This document shows positions 11,448-23,401 of a stretch of DNA of 64,000 bases, piece after piece (within the stretch, counting starts at the first letter, position 1; each line of letters opens with the position of its first letter). The stretch spans positions 14,880,001 to 14,944,000 of the forward strand of contig JBHGNT010000017.1 of assembly GCA_043228905.1 (NCBI GenBank), written 5' to 3'. Below the pieces are notes generated by a model, which worked only from the letters and a program-made list of their open reading frames with translations, was not told where the DNA came from and made no database searches. Position numbers and translations under genes: made by a program. The DNA comes from Azolla caroliniana (Eukaryota; Plantae; Polypodiophyta).

Positions 11448-12266
11448 CTAATTTCATCTAGGTCGATGCTGGCGATGACCAATTCATCAACATATAGTAG
11501 TATGCTGACCCTGCCGGATGAACAATAATGAGTCCGACTTCGATGGAGCAAACCCCTTCCGACACAATCTCTGTGTGATTTTTGCGGTCCAAACTCTGGG
11601 GGCTTGCGTAAGTCTATAAAGTAACTTCTTCGGTCGACAGACAACCAATGTGTTCAATCCGGACTGAAATCCGGGAGGCTATACCATGTGCATTTGTTCC
11701 TCAAGCTCTCGTTGCAGGAACATGTTCTTTACGTCCATCTGGTGTAGATGCCATCCCTTCGCCGCTGCTACTACCAGTAGGACACGAATGGTCGTCATCT
11801 TCACGACTGGTGCGAATGTCTCATCATAGTCGATGCGCATAGCCCTTTGCCACCAATATGGCCTTGTACCGGTTGACGGAGCCATCGGCGTTGTACTTTA
11901 CTTTGTACACCCACCGGCATCCGATTGGCTTCACACCCTTGGTGGCGTCAACCAGGTCCCATGTTTCATTCTCCGCTAAGGCATGCATCTCTTCCTCCAT
12001 TGTGGCATGCCAGTTTGCGTCTTTTGCCGCCTCACACACTATTAGGAATTTGTCCCTCCTATGAGAGAAGTCGACAATCGAAGTCAAGGAAGAAATCGAC
12101 AATCGAATCAATAAGCCGAATACAAGATGGTCGATCGGATCGACTAGTGAGTCAACTAGTTTGGAATTTAACGGCTTGGACAAAACCGACTTGTCCAACA
12201 ACCTTGTATAAATTTGTAACTTTGTCTATTCTCTTTTTATAGATTTTTGTTGTATACTCCCATTAC

Positions 12267-12590
12267 GGGGGAGTGTCAAATACGGGTATATAATGGTCGT
12301 ATTCACATTGTCCCATTGGACACACTAGGTTTAGGCTATTTTTGTAAATAGTGGAAAGGATAGTTGCCCTAAGTCAGTTAGTATTTAAACGGACTTTGTA
12401 ACCTAGTTTTTGATGTTGTTCATTTTGTACATTGTGCCATTGTAACTCTGTGAGAGAATAATACAGTTACGTACTCTCATGCCTTCCTTATTGTCTCTTT
12501 TCCCATGTACCCTTGTTGATCTTGTCTTATGATTCAGTTGTCCTATGTTATCTATATATTTCTTTGTATTCTTTGAAGATCTTCATCTCA
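12267..12590 (+). mobile_element. PPT and LTR of copia family D (fragment)
   Basis: GGGGGAG followed by TGTCAAATACGGGTATATAATGGTCGTATTCAC at 12274, homologous to the LTR at 36744. The right end is approximate. Confidence 0.55.
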
Positions 12591-12856
12591 AAGAGTGTCG
12601 AGTTTGTTCTGCATCTAGATGGTCGCTTCCAACATGAGTGCCTTGGTAAGTTCGGATCGGCCGGTGGTCACTTTAGCCAATTGGGCCCTGGTCAGTCTTT
12701 TAGCCAATTCAAAGTCGGATATTGGACTTGTTGTCAATTTGGCTTCGATAAGGGGTTCGTTAGCTCGACTGACTTCAGCTATTTGTCGAATTGCCAATTC
12801 GGCTTGATCAATTGGCTCGTCTTAATCCGATTGAGTAAGGTCGAATGAGACCCTTT

Positions 12857-14956
12857 CGTAAAAGATAATGTGCGGAAGCTTGTAGACGAAACCGGTTACG
12901 CTAGGTTGCAACAGAGAATAAAAATAGGTTTAATGGTAACCTTACACGGGAGAGACAGAGAGAGCAGAACAGTAAACTCTATTACAAAATAATAACACTC
13001 TGTAACACTCTGTACATAGAATGTGCTTAGAGAGCACTTTTATACAAGTTTTTATACGGGCTGACAGAAGTACTGACAAGTACTTCAATTCTCATACGAG
13101 CAACTGACACTAACTCCCCAAAAATATGTCTACATACTAGGCTAGATCCATAGACCTCTAACAGCCTACTAGTTACAATCTGATCCGGCTCCTAGTTCTG
13201 GATACCATCCAGACACTAATCCGGTTCTCCAATCTGGATATCGATCTGGCTCTGGCTTATTCAGGCGATCCGGATCTGGTTGAGCTTGTCCGCTCAACAC
13301 TCCCCCTCAAGCTCAACTTGAGGTCAGATCACAATGTCTGTGTCTGTGGTAGCCGGTCCTCTCCTTCGGCTCCCCTTGGCGTCCTCCCGCCTGGCTCGCG
13401 CTCCTCGTCCCGTCCTGTTCCACTTTCCACGACTCGTCCGGTCCCACACACCTCGACCTTCTCGGTCGGCTTGTCTGCTCATAAGGCCCTTCTTTGCTGT
13501 TGCAACTCTGGCGTGTCTCGACCTATCAGTACCTCCGTGTTGGGGTCGACTTCCACTGCCTTCTCGTCCGTTTGACCTTTAGTTTATTCAGCTCCTCTGA
13601 ATTGAACTCCTCTTTAGAATCAACTGCGTCTGATTCGTTCCAGCTCTTGTCCGAATTGGTTGTCTCCAATTCGTCTTCAATCTTCAGACCCTTCACGACA
13701 TCACACCATGTCTGTGTCTTGGTCTTTCCGGCTTTGCCTCCCCCTAGCTTTGGTTTGGGCACTCCGTTTCGGTGGCTCCCCTTGCATCCGGTCTCACTTC
13801 TTCAGCCATCTCGTGCACTTCGACTTCTTTAGCCATCCCGTGCACTTCGACTTCTTCAGTCGAAATCAGTTTCTGACTCAGCTTTACAGTCGTCTTCTTC
13901 ATTTTTCCTTTCGTTCCTCCCCCTCAAGTTTTGCATATCGAGGTATCGCACACCCAGTGCACCGGAAAATTGCCGCAACTTGTCTAACCTGAGGGGTTTG
14001 GTGAAGATGGCCACCTGCCGATTCGTCGGAATATACAACAGTTCCACTTCATCAGAGAGAATACGCTCTCGGACAAAATGATAGTGCACCTCGATGTGCT
14101 TTGTCCGGGTGTGGAAGACGAGGTTCCAACTTCTTAGTCAGTTGGATGTTGTTGAGGTTGTCACAATAGATTGTTGTTGGATCAGATACCTCCACTCACA
14201 GATCCTTTAGGAGTCTCTTGAGCCATATGGCTTCGCATGTCACGACAACCACTCCTTGGTACTCGAACTCGGTGCTCGACAGTGCTACTGTCGGCTGCTT
14301 CTTACTAGTCCAGGCGACCACGACGCTTCCTAGTAAAAACGCATATCCGGATGTAGACCTACGGTCGTCAACGTTTCCGGCCCAATCGACATTCGTGTAG
14401 CTGACAAGCTATCCGGCTACACTGGCCCGATACAGCAACCCCCCTGTCCTTAGTGCCGCTAACATATCTCAGGATGCGGTGCGCGGACTAAAGATGCTCC
14501 ATAGTCGGATGTGCCATGAATTGACTAATCGATTCGATCGGATAACTAAGATCTGGTCGGGTGATGGTCAGATAGATAAGGCTTCTGACTATCTATCAGA
14601 ACCTTTTCGGGTCGCATGTCGTTTCGGAGTCGGGGCAAAGCTTCACATTCCGGTCCAGAGGAGTCGAGACGGATTTGCATTCTGTCATACTGAATTGAAG
14701 AGCATACTCAACACATAGTGGCGTTGACTGATCAGTATGCCTTCCAGGGTGCGGATCATTTCGATCCCGAGGAAGTAATGAAGGTCTCCTAGATCCGTCA
14801 TCTTAAATGATGGCACGAGCTGGGATTTGACGTTGCCGATTTTGTCCAGGTTGGCGCCGGCGATGACAAAATCATCAACAAAAAGTAAAATACTAACCGA
14901 CCCATTCCGACCTTGCCGGATGAAGAGAGAAGCGTCCGATTTCGACGGAACAAACC
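12857..14956 (-). mobile_element. Degenerate copia Q (A-type lineage): 3' LTR 12857-13299, 3' extension and RNase H/RT, cut by element K
   Basis: LTR homology to A and P, PPT GAGGGGGAG, and the VHYHFVRERIL..IFTKPL motif. Confidence 0.85.
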
Positions 14957-16630
14957 TGTTGAGAGATCAAGCTTAACTTAGTTTAGTTATTTAGTCAACC
15001 ATGTAACTTCGTAGTTACCTAGATAAAATCTAGTTAGGAGTGTTGACTATAAATCCTTAAATAGGATTTTGTATTTGTACCTAAGTGGGGATACATTCAA
15101 GATCCTCCACTACCAAGTATATTGAATATAGGACTTACATCCTTGTACCTAGTGTTGCCTTTTGACGACTAACTTTGCTTGTCATGAGAACGGTATTCCA
15201 AAATTTTTGCCTGTCAAATGAAGGTTTGTCAAAAAAATTGCCCTTCAAAAAATAGATACATCGAATATTCGTACTAAAAAATATATTATACTTGTTGAGA
15301 ATCAAGCTCAACTTGGTTTAGTGTGTGAACTCACCTTGAGAGTAAATAGACACTCCAACGGTCAAGAGTCACCATTAAGTCACCACTTTGTATTCTAGCA
15401 TTTAGTATAAGTCATAGAATTATATTCTATGACACATAACTTATGAGCTTTCACATTCCCCATGCTCCATGAGTCTTGTAGTTAATGAAGAGAGAGGGTG
15501 ACTATATAAAGCATCCTCCTCCCACCTTGTATTGTGTTGAGTCTTTCTCCTTTGTTAATATACTTTTACCTTGCGTATACTCTATGTCTTACTTCTCACT
15601 CACTCACACACACACTCACTCTCTCTCATACACACATAGTTCACACCTATTCCGCTACACAAGAATCATACACGATTCTTTACATGGTATCAGAGCGATT
15701 TGGTAGCTCGATCTAGCCCATTCGCCTCATCGTGATCGTGTGTTGTGCTCCACACCGACGACCAAGAACCAGCTCATCGTTATCGTAGCTTCGCTACATA
15801 GCTCGCATTCGAAGAGAGAAGAAGAAGAAGAAGAATCGACATAATGAATACTCAAATGAGGAGCGCTCTCCCTACCGAGAAGTTGGATCGAAACAACTTC
15901 GCATCTTGGGAGTACAAGATGCACCAATACCTTGTCGGACAAGGCTATTGGAGCTACATCAAAGGAGCGCATGAAGACCGACCCACCGAAGCGGCTCCCG
16001 GATACGTGACATGGGAGCAAGCCGCAAGTCGCGTGATGTATTGCTTGGCGACATGTGTTCACGATCACATGCTCGGCTACATTCGCGAAGCCAAGACGCA
16101 GGAGGCATGGGAAAATCTACGAAAGATTTTCGCGGCGAACACAATCGCAAGAAGGCTTCAACTCCGCCAAGAGTTGAACAACATTCAACAAAGGGACATG
16201 TCCATCACGACATACACCTCAAAGATCAAGGAGCTTTGCGATTTGCTCGGCTCAATAAGCGTAAATATCGATGATGATGAGATGGTTCAAATATGCCTCG
16301 GCGGCCTCGCACCACGGTTCGGCGGGATGTGAACCACCGTTCTAGCACGGGAGAAATCTCCCTCCTTCAAGCTCCAATCAATGTTATTGGTCGAAGAAAA
16401 CCACGTGCGTACAAGGAGCAATGAGTCGGAAGGCCACATGCTCTACACGCACTCGAACGGAGGAAGAGGACGCGGACGATTGAGAGGCCGATTCGGCCAA
16501 GGACAAGGCGGACGAGGTCCGACCTACGATAACAACTCCAAATTTCGGATGCAAAACGGAAGCCAACGAGGAACCTTCGCAAGAAGGGGGAGCTTCCACT
16601 CCGGCCCGAGCTGTCAAAACACAACTGAAT

Positions 16631-16986
16631 GCGGAAGAGATATGAGTTATGTGTGTGTATGAGAGAGGGAGAGAGTGAGACAAGGAATAAGACACAGAGA
16701 ATACGCAAGGTAAAAGTATATTAACAAAGGAGAAAGACTCAACATTATACAAGGTGGGAGGAGGGTGCTTTATGTAGTCACCCTCTCTCTTCATTAACTA
16801 CAAGACTCATCGAGCATGGGGAATGTGAAAGCTCATAAGTTATGTGTCATAGAATATGATTCTATGACTCATACTAAATGCTAGAATACAAAGTGGTGAC
16901 TTAATGGTGACTCTTGACCGTTGGAGTCTCTATTCACTCTCAAGGTGAGTTCACACACTAAACCAAGTTGAGCTTGATTCTCAACA
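16631..16986 (-). repeat. Inverted, U5-truncated LTR copy; its adjacent PPT and 3'UTR continue at 16987-17023 and 24043-24095
   Basis: Reverse complement of about 25826-26252. Confidence 0.9.
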
Positions 16987-17717
16987 CGCCTCCTCAAGCT
17001 CAAGTCGGGTCGGTTTCAGACGGCGTCGTGAAGAAAACCATCCCTTAGCGCAATCGGTGTATGGCGCGCGCAAACCGGCTCTTCACGCGTGTGCGCCCTT
17101 TAATGTATATAATAGAGGATTGGGTACAAAGGTAGATCGCAGGTAGTTAGATTCGGTAGGTAGGAAGTTAATGAGAAAAACGGCTCCCTTCTTGAAGCTA
17201 TAAAAGAGAGGGAGACGCGGGGAGAAAGGGATCACGCATTGAGGAGGACGAAGTGCTGTCGAACCGTAACCGAACGCTTCTCCTCTGTTCATTCTCCATT
17301 GCTCTTCTCTGCAGGATTTCGGGAGGCTCGCGCTGCTTCGAGGAACGCCCGTGTGCTTCCGGCAGCACCTCCATCCTATCCCCTTTCGTGCACAGACGAA
17401 CAGGCATCAGCATCTGTTCGCCGGCCTGTTCGGTTGTAACCGCTCGCGTGCTCTGTTGTTTTGTGTCATTTGTTAATATACAAACATTCGTGTCTCTTTG
17501 TCTCTGTGTCCATTCGTGTTTTCTGCGCTGACGGGCCGTGCCCCTGTGTTTCTTTGCTCATACGTAACCGGTCGTCTCTCTCTTTCTCTTTCCCCTCCTA
17601 TCACCTGCTCTTCGGTTCGAGACCCCGGTGGTCCCGCCTCGTTTCTCCACGCACGCGCATAGCAACGTGACATATTTGGTGAACCCGACGTGAAACAAGG
17701 CGGCAGAGGAGCAGAAG

Positions 17718-19844
17718 ATGAGGGGGTCGGATCTTGCAGAGGCCATGGCTTCGGCCGTGGACCGGATAGTGAGCACGCGCGAGGGCACCGACGCCCTTGA
17801 CAGGGCTATTGAGGCGATCGTCGGTATGATCGGCCGGTTCAGTGGAAAGGATGCCACGAGTTATTTGGCGTCCTACCGGGCGGAGATGTTGATGAGGGAT
17901 ATTCCGGAAGAGAGGCGTCTTGCCGGATTCCCTCGAGTGGCGATGCCGGGCATCCATGCGGAGGTGCTCGAGGTCCGGGCGGAGAGCCGGACCTGGGAGG
18001 AGTTCGAAGGACGGCTCCTGGAGAAATACGGGTTGGATGACGCGCTTCGACTTTCGAAGCGGGGCTTCATGGAGTGGGTGGAGTCCCCCGACAAAGGAAG
18101 AAATGTGTCGGCACTCCTCCGGGAGTTTGAGGATCGCTTTGCGCGCCTTTCGGCGCTCGATCGGACCGTTCTGGACACAAGTCGTGTCCTACTGTTTGTC
18201 AAATCGGTTGACGCACAGGATCGGGAGCAAGTGGGCTCCTTACTGGAAACCGAAGACGGGCTGACGGTCGACTGGGCCGCGGTAAAAAGAGTCTACGGCC
18301 GTTTTGACAAACGGTGGGAGTGGGCTGATACAGGGGCGACCGGGGCGGGTCCTGTCGCAGCAAGGAAGCTCGAACTGATACCGTAGGCGCGACAGGAAGA
18401 GACCCGAGAGTGGCTCGAAACCGGTTCGGCTTCGACCGGCGTGGTTAGAGGCTCGTCCGGGGGGACAACTTTGGAGGATTTGACACGGGCGGTAAAGGAT
18501 CTCCAGATCACCCAGGCTCGGAGGGAAGGCGGCGAACAGGCTCGTGACCGACGGCCTCCGGTAGGGAATAGGTGCATGTGGTGCGACGAGGTCGGCCACA
18601 TCCGGAAAGACTGCGGGGACTTTGCGGAGGCTTTGAGAAGCCGGGTAGTGTACCTGTGGGAAGGTCGGGTGCACGCCATCGATACCCGGAGGGCCTTGAA
18701 TCGAAACGACGGGCGAGGAGGAATGAAAAGGCTAATGGAAGAGGCGGCAGCCCGGCACGCGGAGACCGTCCACTACTTAGCGTCAGCCGGTATTCGGGTC
18801 GGAGGCAGCGAGGCCCGGAAGGAGAGCAAAGCCGGGTTCTGGCCAATGGTGCTGGAAGGCCTCGCCGGTGCCCGACTAAAGAAAGACGAGGCGAACCGCG
18901 TGGAGAAGCGGGTCCAGGAGGTAACCGGGTGGAGTGACCCGATCGAAGAAAAGACGGGTTTCGTCGAAGCAGCTTGCCAGAACTACGAGGCTCTGGTTGA
19001 AGACAAACGGGTAGGAAAAGCCGGAGGGGCCGGACCCTCATAGAGATAAGAAACCCGATTCGGGTCGAAACGGAACGAGGCCGGTGAGTCCAGTGCCCAG
19101 GATAACCACAAGAAGGGCGGATACCGTTTGGGCACGGAAATCAAAAGGACCACGGACCTACGAATGGTCCTGGAAGAACGAATCCTCAACAACAAGGTGG
19201 AACTGTCGTTGCGGGAGGTGCTCGGAATCGCCAAGAAGGAGTTCCACGACTCCATCGTAGACTTGGTGAAGAGGAAGAGGCTGTCGACGGAGGCAGAACC
19301 GGAAAGGCCGGTGGAGGTGCGGACGACGTGCATAGAGGACATGGCGCTGGAAGACGAGTGGGTGGAGAGCCACTACTCGAGGCCACACTGGGCCCGAGCG
19401 ACCACGGAAACCCCGGTGAAGATCGGAGCTGTTCAGGAACCGATGGTGGCACTGGTGGACCACGGTTCGGAAATAAAACTGATGTCCATGGACTTCTACA
19501 AGAAGGGGAAATGGCCGATCAACACCAAGCACGGGTGGAAGATACGGGCAGCGACGTGCGCCACCAAGGAACTACACGGGGCCTGCCCAAACGTACGAGT
19601 CAAGATCGACGACGTCGAAATAGATCAACACTTCTTTGTGCAGGAGACGTCCTCACACCCGGTCATACTGGGAGAACCGTACATTACGACAGCGCGGATG
19701 GAGACCAAGGTGCTGGACAACGGGTCGGCTTACGCGAGGGTGAAGAGTTAGGACGAGCGTCACTCGGTCCAGTTCCTGATGGTGCGACCGAACCACGAGC
19801 GAAACCGCGAGTCCCTCGGTGGTGAGAACCGAGAGGATTTTTAG
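17718..19844 (+). pseudogene. Gag-protease ORF of element C (several premature stops)
   Basis: CMWCDEVGHIRKDC knuckle and ALVDHGSEI protease. The frame ends at GAG GAT TTT TAG. Confidence 0.8.
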
Positions 19845-22800
19845 AGAGGGCTGTCAAGGCGTGGGGCCGCGACAGTCCGGACACTCCGGGAAAACCCCAC
19901 AAATGTACGATAGAGACGAAACCGAAGAAACCTTGTACCATAAGTAGGAAGTTTTGTTTCTCCGACAACGGAGGGTGTACGGTAGTCGGCGTCGTAGGCC
20001 GAAAGACAAGGGCGGAAGAGCGACTTTGGGCGTGCGGAGTTCTCGGGCCCAGCGAGGAAATCAACGGAGCTGTGGAGGCGGTCTCCTTCGACGATACCTT
20101 GGGAATACTGCGAGAGGTGGTCGGAGAGGGCCTTAAAGAGGACCGGACGATACCGGTTTGTTCAGAAGAGATGTATGAAGTCATCGCGGACTTCAGTCGA
20201 GGGCTCGGGTTAACACGAAGTACAAGATTGTGGACCGGAAGGTAAGGCCAGTCGCGGCACCCTTACCGGAGGGCAGCGAGTTGCGAATCAAGGGGGTCGC
20301 ATCGGACCCCAGTTTACGTGATCCAGCCTGCACAGGACACATCTTCACCGACAGAACGCTACGGGAGCTCAAAATCGGTGGGGGCGGGTTCCTACTGCTG
20401 GCTGAAGAAGACCGGTTTCGGAGAATGCTCGGAAGGCACGGGGAAAGCCTTCGCATTCTCACCGGAAGAAATCGGGTGCGTAGACCCGACAGTCCTAAAG
20501 CCGATGGTGATATTCACGGTACCGCATGTGCCGTGGAATCTCAAACCAATTCCGGTACCAAGAGCTCACATCCCGGAGCTGATGGAGCTGTTGAGGCAGA
20601 AAGTCGATATGGGCATCCTCGAACCGTCGAGTGCCCCGTACTCGAACCGGTGGTTTACCATACCGAAGAAGAACGGGACGTTGCGCTTCATTCAAGAGCT
20701 GCAACTGGTCAACAGAGTGACCATTCGGAACGCAGGAATCGGACCAACGATAGACGAGTTCGCGGAGGCCTTCGCCGGAAGGTCGATCTACTCGGTCGGT
20801 GATCTGTACTCGGGGTACGATCAGTTCCAACTAGCCGTGGAGAGCAGAGACATTACGACGATGCGGACTCCTCTCGGCCTAGTGTGAATGTGTACCCTGC
20901 CACAAGGAGGGACGAACTCGGTGGCCCACATGGTGAATGCGATGAACAAGGTGCTGAGGGATTGTATCCCGGACATCACCATGCCATTCTTGGACGACAT
21001 CCCGATCAAGGGATGTCTGGTGGAGAAAAAGGACGAAACGATCGGACTGGACGGATGCAGGAAATTCGTGGCGACACACATTGACAACCGCGAGAGGGTG
21101 TTGCAGAGGCTAGAGGACGCGAGGCTCACCTTCTCCAGGGAGAAATCGGCCTTCAGGCAATCAGAGATCATGGTCGTCGGACATCTATGTGGACCGTATG
21201 GCCGGAAACCGTCTCCGGCTAAGGTGGAAGCCATCTCCGCAATGAAGCCCGATCGTAACTCGGTCACGGAGGTACGGAGGTTCTTGGGAGCATGCGCATG
21301 CTACCACATATGGATCCCGCATTACGCCCACGTTGCCGAGCCGCTATACGGGTTGCTGAAAAAGGGGCGAAAATTCAAGTGTCGAGACGAGCATACGGAG
21401 TCGGTCCGAAAGATGAAGGAGGCTCTTGCTGCAGCTCCGGCACTCCGGAAGGCTGTCTACAAGAAAGGCACTCCCGTCTACATAACGGTAGATACGAGTC
21501 CTACCGGGATCGGATGGGTTGTCAACCAAGAAGATGAGGACGACATTCGGTTCCCAATCCGGTTCGGTGCGAAGGTCTTCAGCGAGCGACAGCGAGGATA
21601 CGCCCAGGTTAAACGCGAACTCTGGGGTATTGTTTCGGCGGTGAAGGCCGATAAAGACTATCTGATCGGGACAGAGGTGATTATCGAGTCGGACTGCCTG
21701 CCGATTCTCGGCATGGTTTTCAGATGCGCAACCCCGGACCTGGCAATGCTCAAGTGGATAGCGTACATCAAGTCCATGGATCCGGAAATACGACACATTT
21801 TCGGGAAAGACAATGCCATGGCCGACATGCTTTCGAGGGCGCGATTTGACAACGAGGGCGACATGGTTTTGGAGGACGAGGAAGTCGGCGTGGACTTCTT
21901 CGAGGTGGCTTACGTAACAACCGAGGGGGGGAGCACTCCGGCGCTTAACGATTTTAACGAAAGCAAGTACGATGGGGAGTGGCCGCAGATTGGAGGATTC
22001 TTAAGGACGATGACGCCGGACGCGTCATGGACAAAGGACGAGGCCAACCGGATCCGGAAGAAAGCGTACCGATTCTTTCTCCGGGACGGATACTTGTGGA
22101 AGCACCCGAAGAAGAGAAACGTCATCCCGCTCCGAGTAGTGGCGATGAAGGAGGAACAGGAGGAGTTGCTGAAGGCCTACCACGACAGCCCCTGGGCTGG
22201 ACACCGTGGGACGTGGGCCACGTTCGAGAAACTAAAGGGGAAGTACTGGTGGCCGGGACTGTACCGGGACGTGCATCGGTTCGTGACGACTTGTGAGAGC
22301 TGTCAGATACACTCCATAGTCCGACATCGGGACGAGCTTCACCCTACATACCCTCCGGCCATCCACTTCAAATGGATGGTAGATTTGGTGATGATGCCGA
22401 TGGCCGTAGGGCAGATGCGATATCTGGTGCTGGCCCGGGAGGACCTGACGAACCAGGTGGAAGGCCGAGCCCTGCAGAACAAAATGACCGCGGCCGTGTG
22501 TCGGTTCCTGATCGAGGACGTGATATGCCGGTATGGGTGCGTCGGGAAGATCGTGGCTGACCGCGGGGAGTTGGACGCCGAAGAGGTTGAGAAGCTGTTA
22601 GACTGGTTAGGGGTCAAGCTCTCGCTCACCACAACGTACAATCCGGAGGCGAATAGGAAGGTGGAGCGCGGGCACAGACCGATTGTCAAAGCGCTAGTCC
22701 GAGCATGCGGAGGCCAGGTTGGGAACTGGCCACGGCTGTTACCTTATGCCTTGTGGGCGGACCGGACAACGCACAGTTCGGTAACCGGGTTCATGCCGTC

Positions 22801-23401
22801 AGAGCTCATGTTCGGACAGAAGCCAATCATGCCGATGGAACGGACGATCTCCTCTTGGGCGATAGTGGACTGAAGAGACGAGATGAGCCGGGAAGAACTG
22901 CTAGCGGTGCGTATACGACAGCTCGAGCGGAGGCCAGAGGACGTGGAACGAGCGGCGGAGAGACTTCGGACGGCGAGGATGAGGAACAAAGCCCGGTTCG
23001 ATCGAACGCACCGGCTCCGACCAAAGAAAATCGAGGAAGGCGACTGGGTGCTAGTCTACGACAGCAGCCTCGACAACCAGCACCGGACAACACGGAAGTT
23101 TGCAAAGCGGTGGTTCGGGCCTTACGTGGTAACAAGCGCCAACGACAACGGGATGTATCACCTGGCGGAACTCGACGGTACGAGGATGACGATACCGGTG
23201 GCGGGGAAGCGGATCAATGCGTTCAAGAAGCGCCACTACGGCGAACCGGATCTAAGAGGCCTGGACAACGACGACGAACAGTCCGAGACGGAGGACGAAT
23301 CGATGGACGAAGAACCGGAACTCGGACCGGTTTTCTCCAACCAGAACCCAATTTTGGCGCATACCGGTGGATGCGCGGTTAGGTGGGGGCGGATGTCGTG
23401 A
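19841..23401 (+). pseudogene. RT-RNaseH-INT ORF of element C (frameshifts and stops)
   Basis: DLYSGYDQ, LPQGGTNS and FLDD in RT; VDTS in RNase H; H..GHRG..CESC, ADRGE and KVERGH in integrase. Confidence 0.85.

Larger units (their letters stand above)
4119..12040 (-). mobile_element. Degenerate Ty1/copia A: 3' LTR 4119-4539 and RNase H/RT fragments, split by element B
   Basis: LTR TGTTGAG...TTTACA homologous to 12857-13299 and 62475-62859. PPT GAGGGGGAG. Fragments ALSSTEAEY, FEMKDLGDLHYFLG, YVDELVI and HQMDVKN. Confidence 0.85.
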
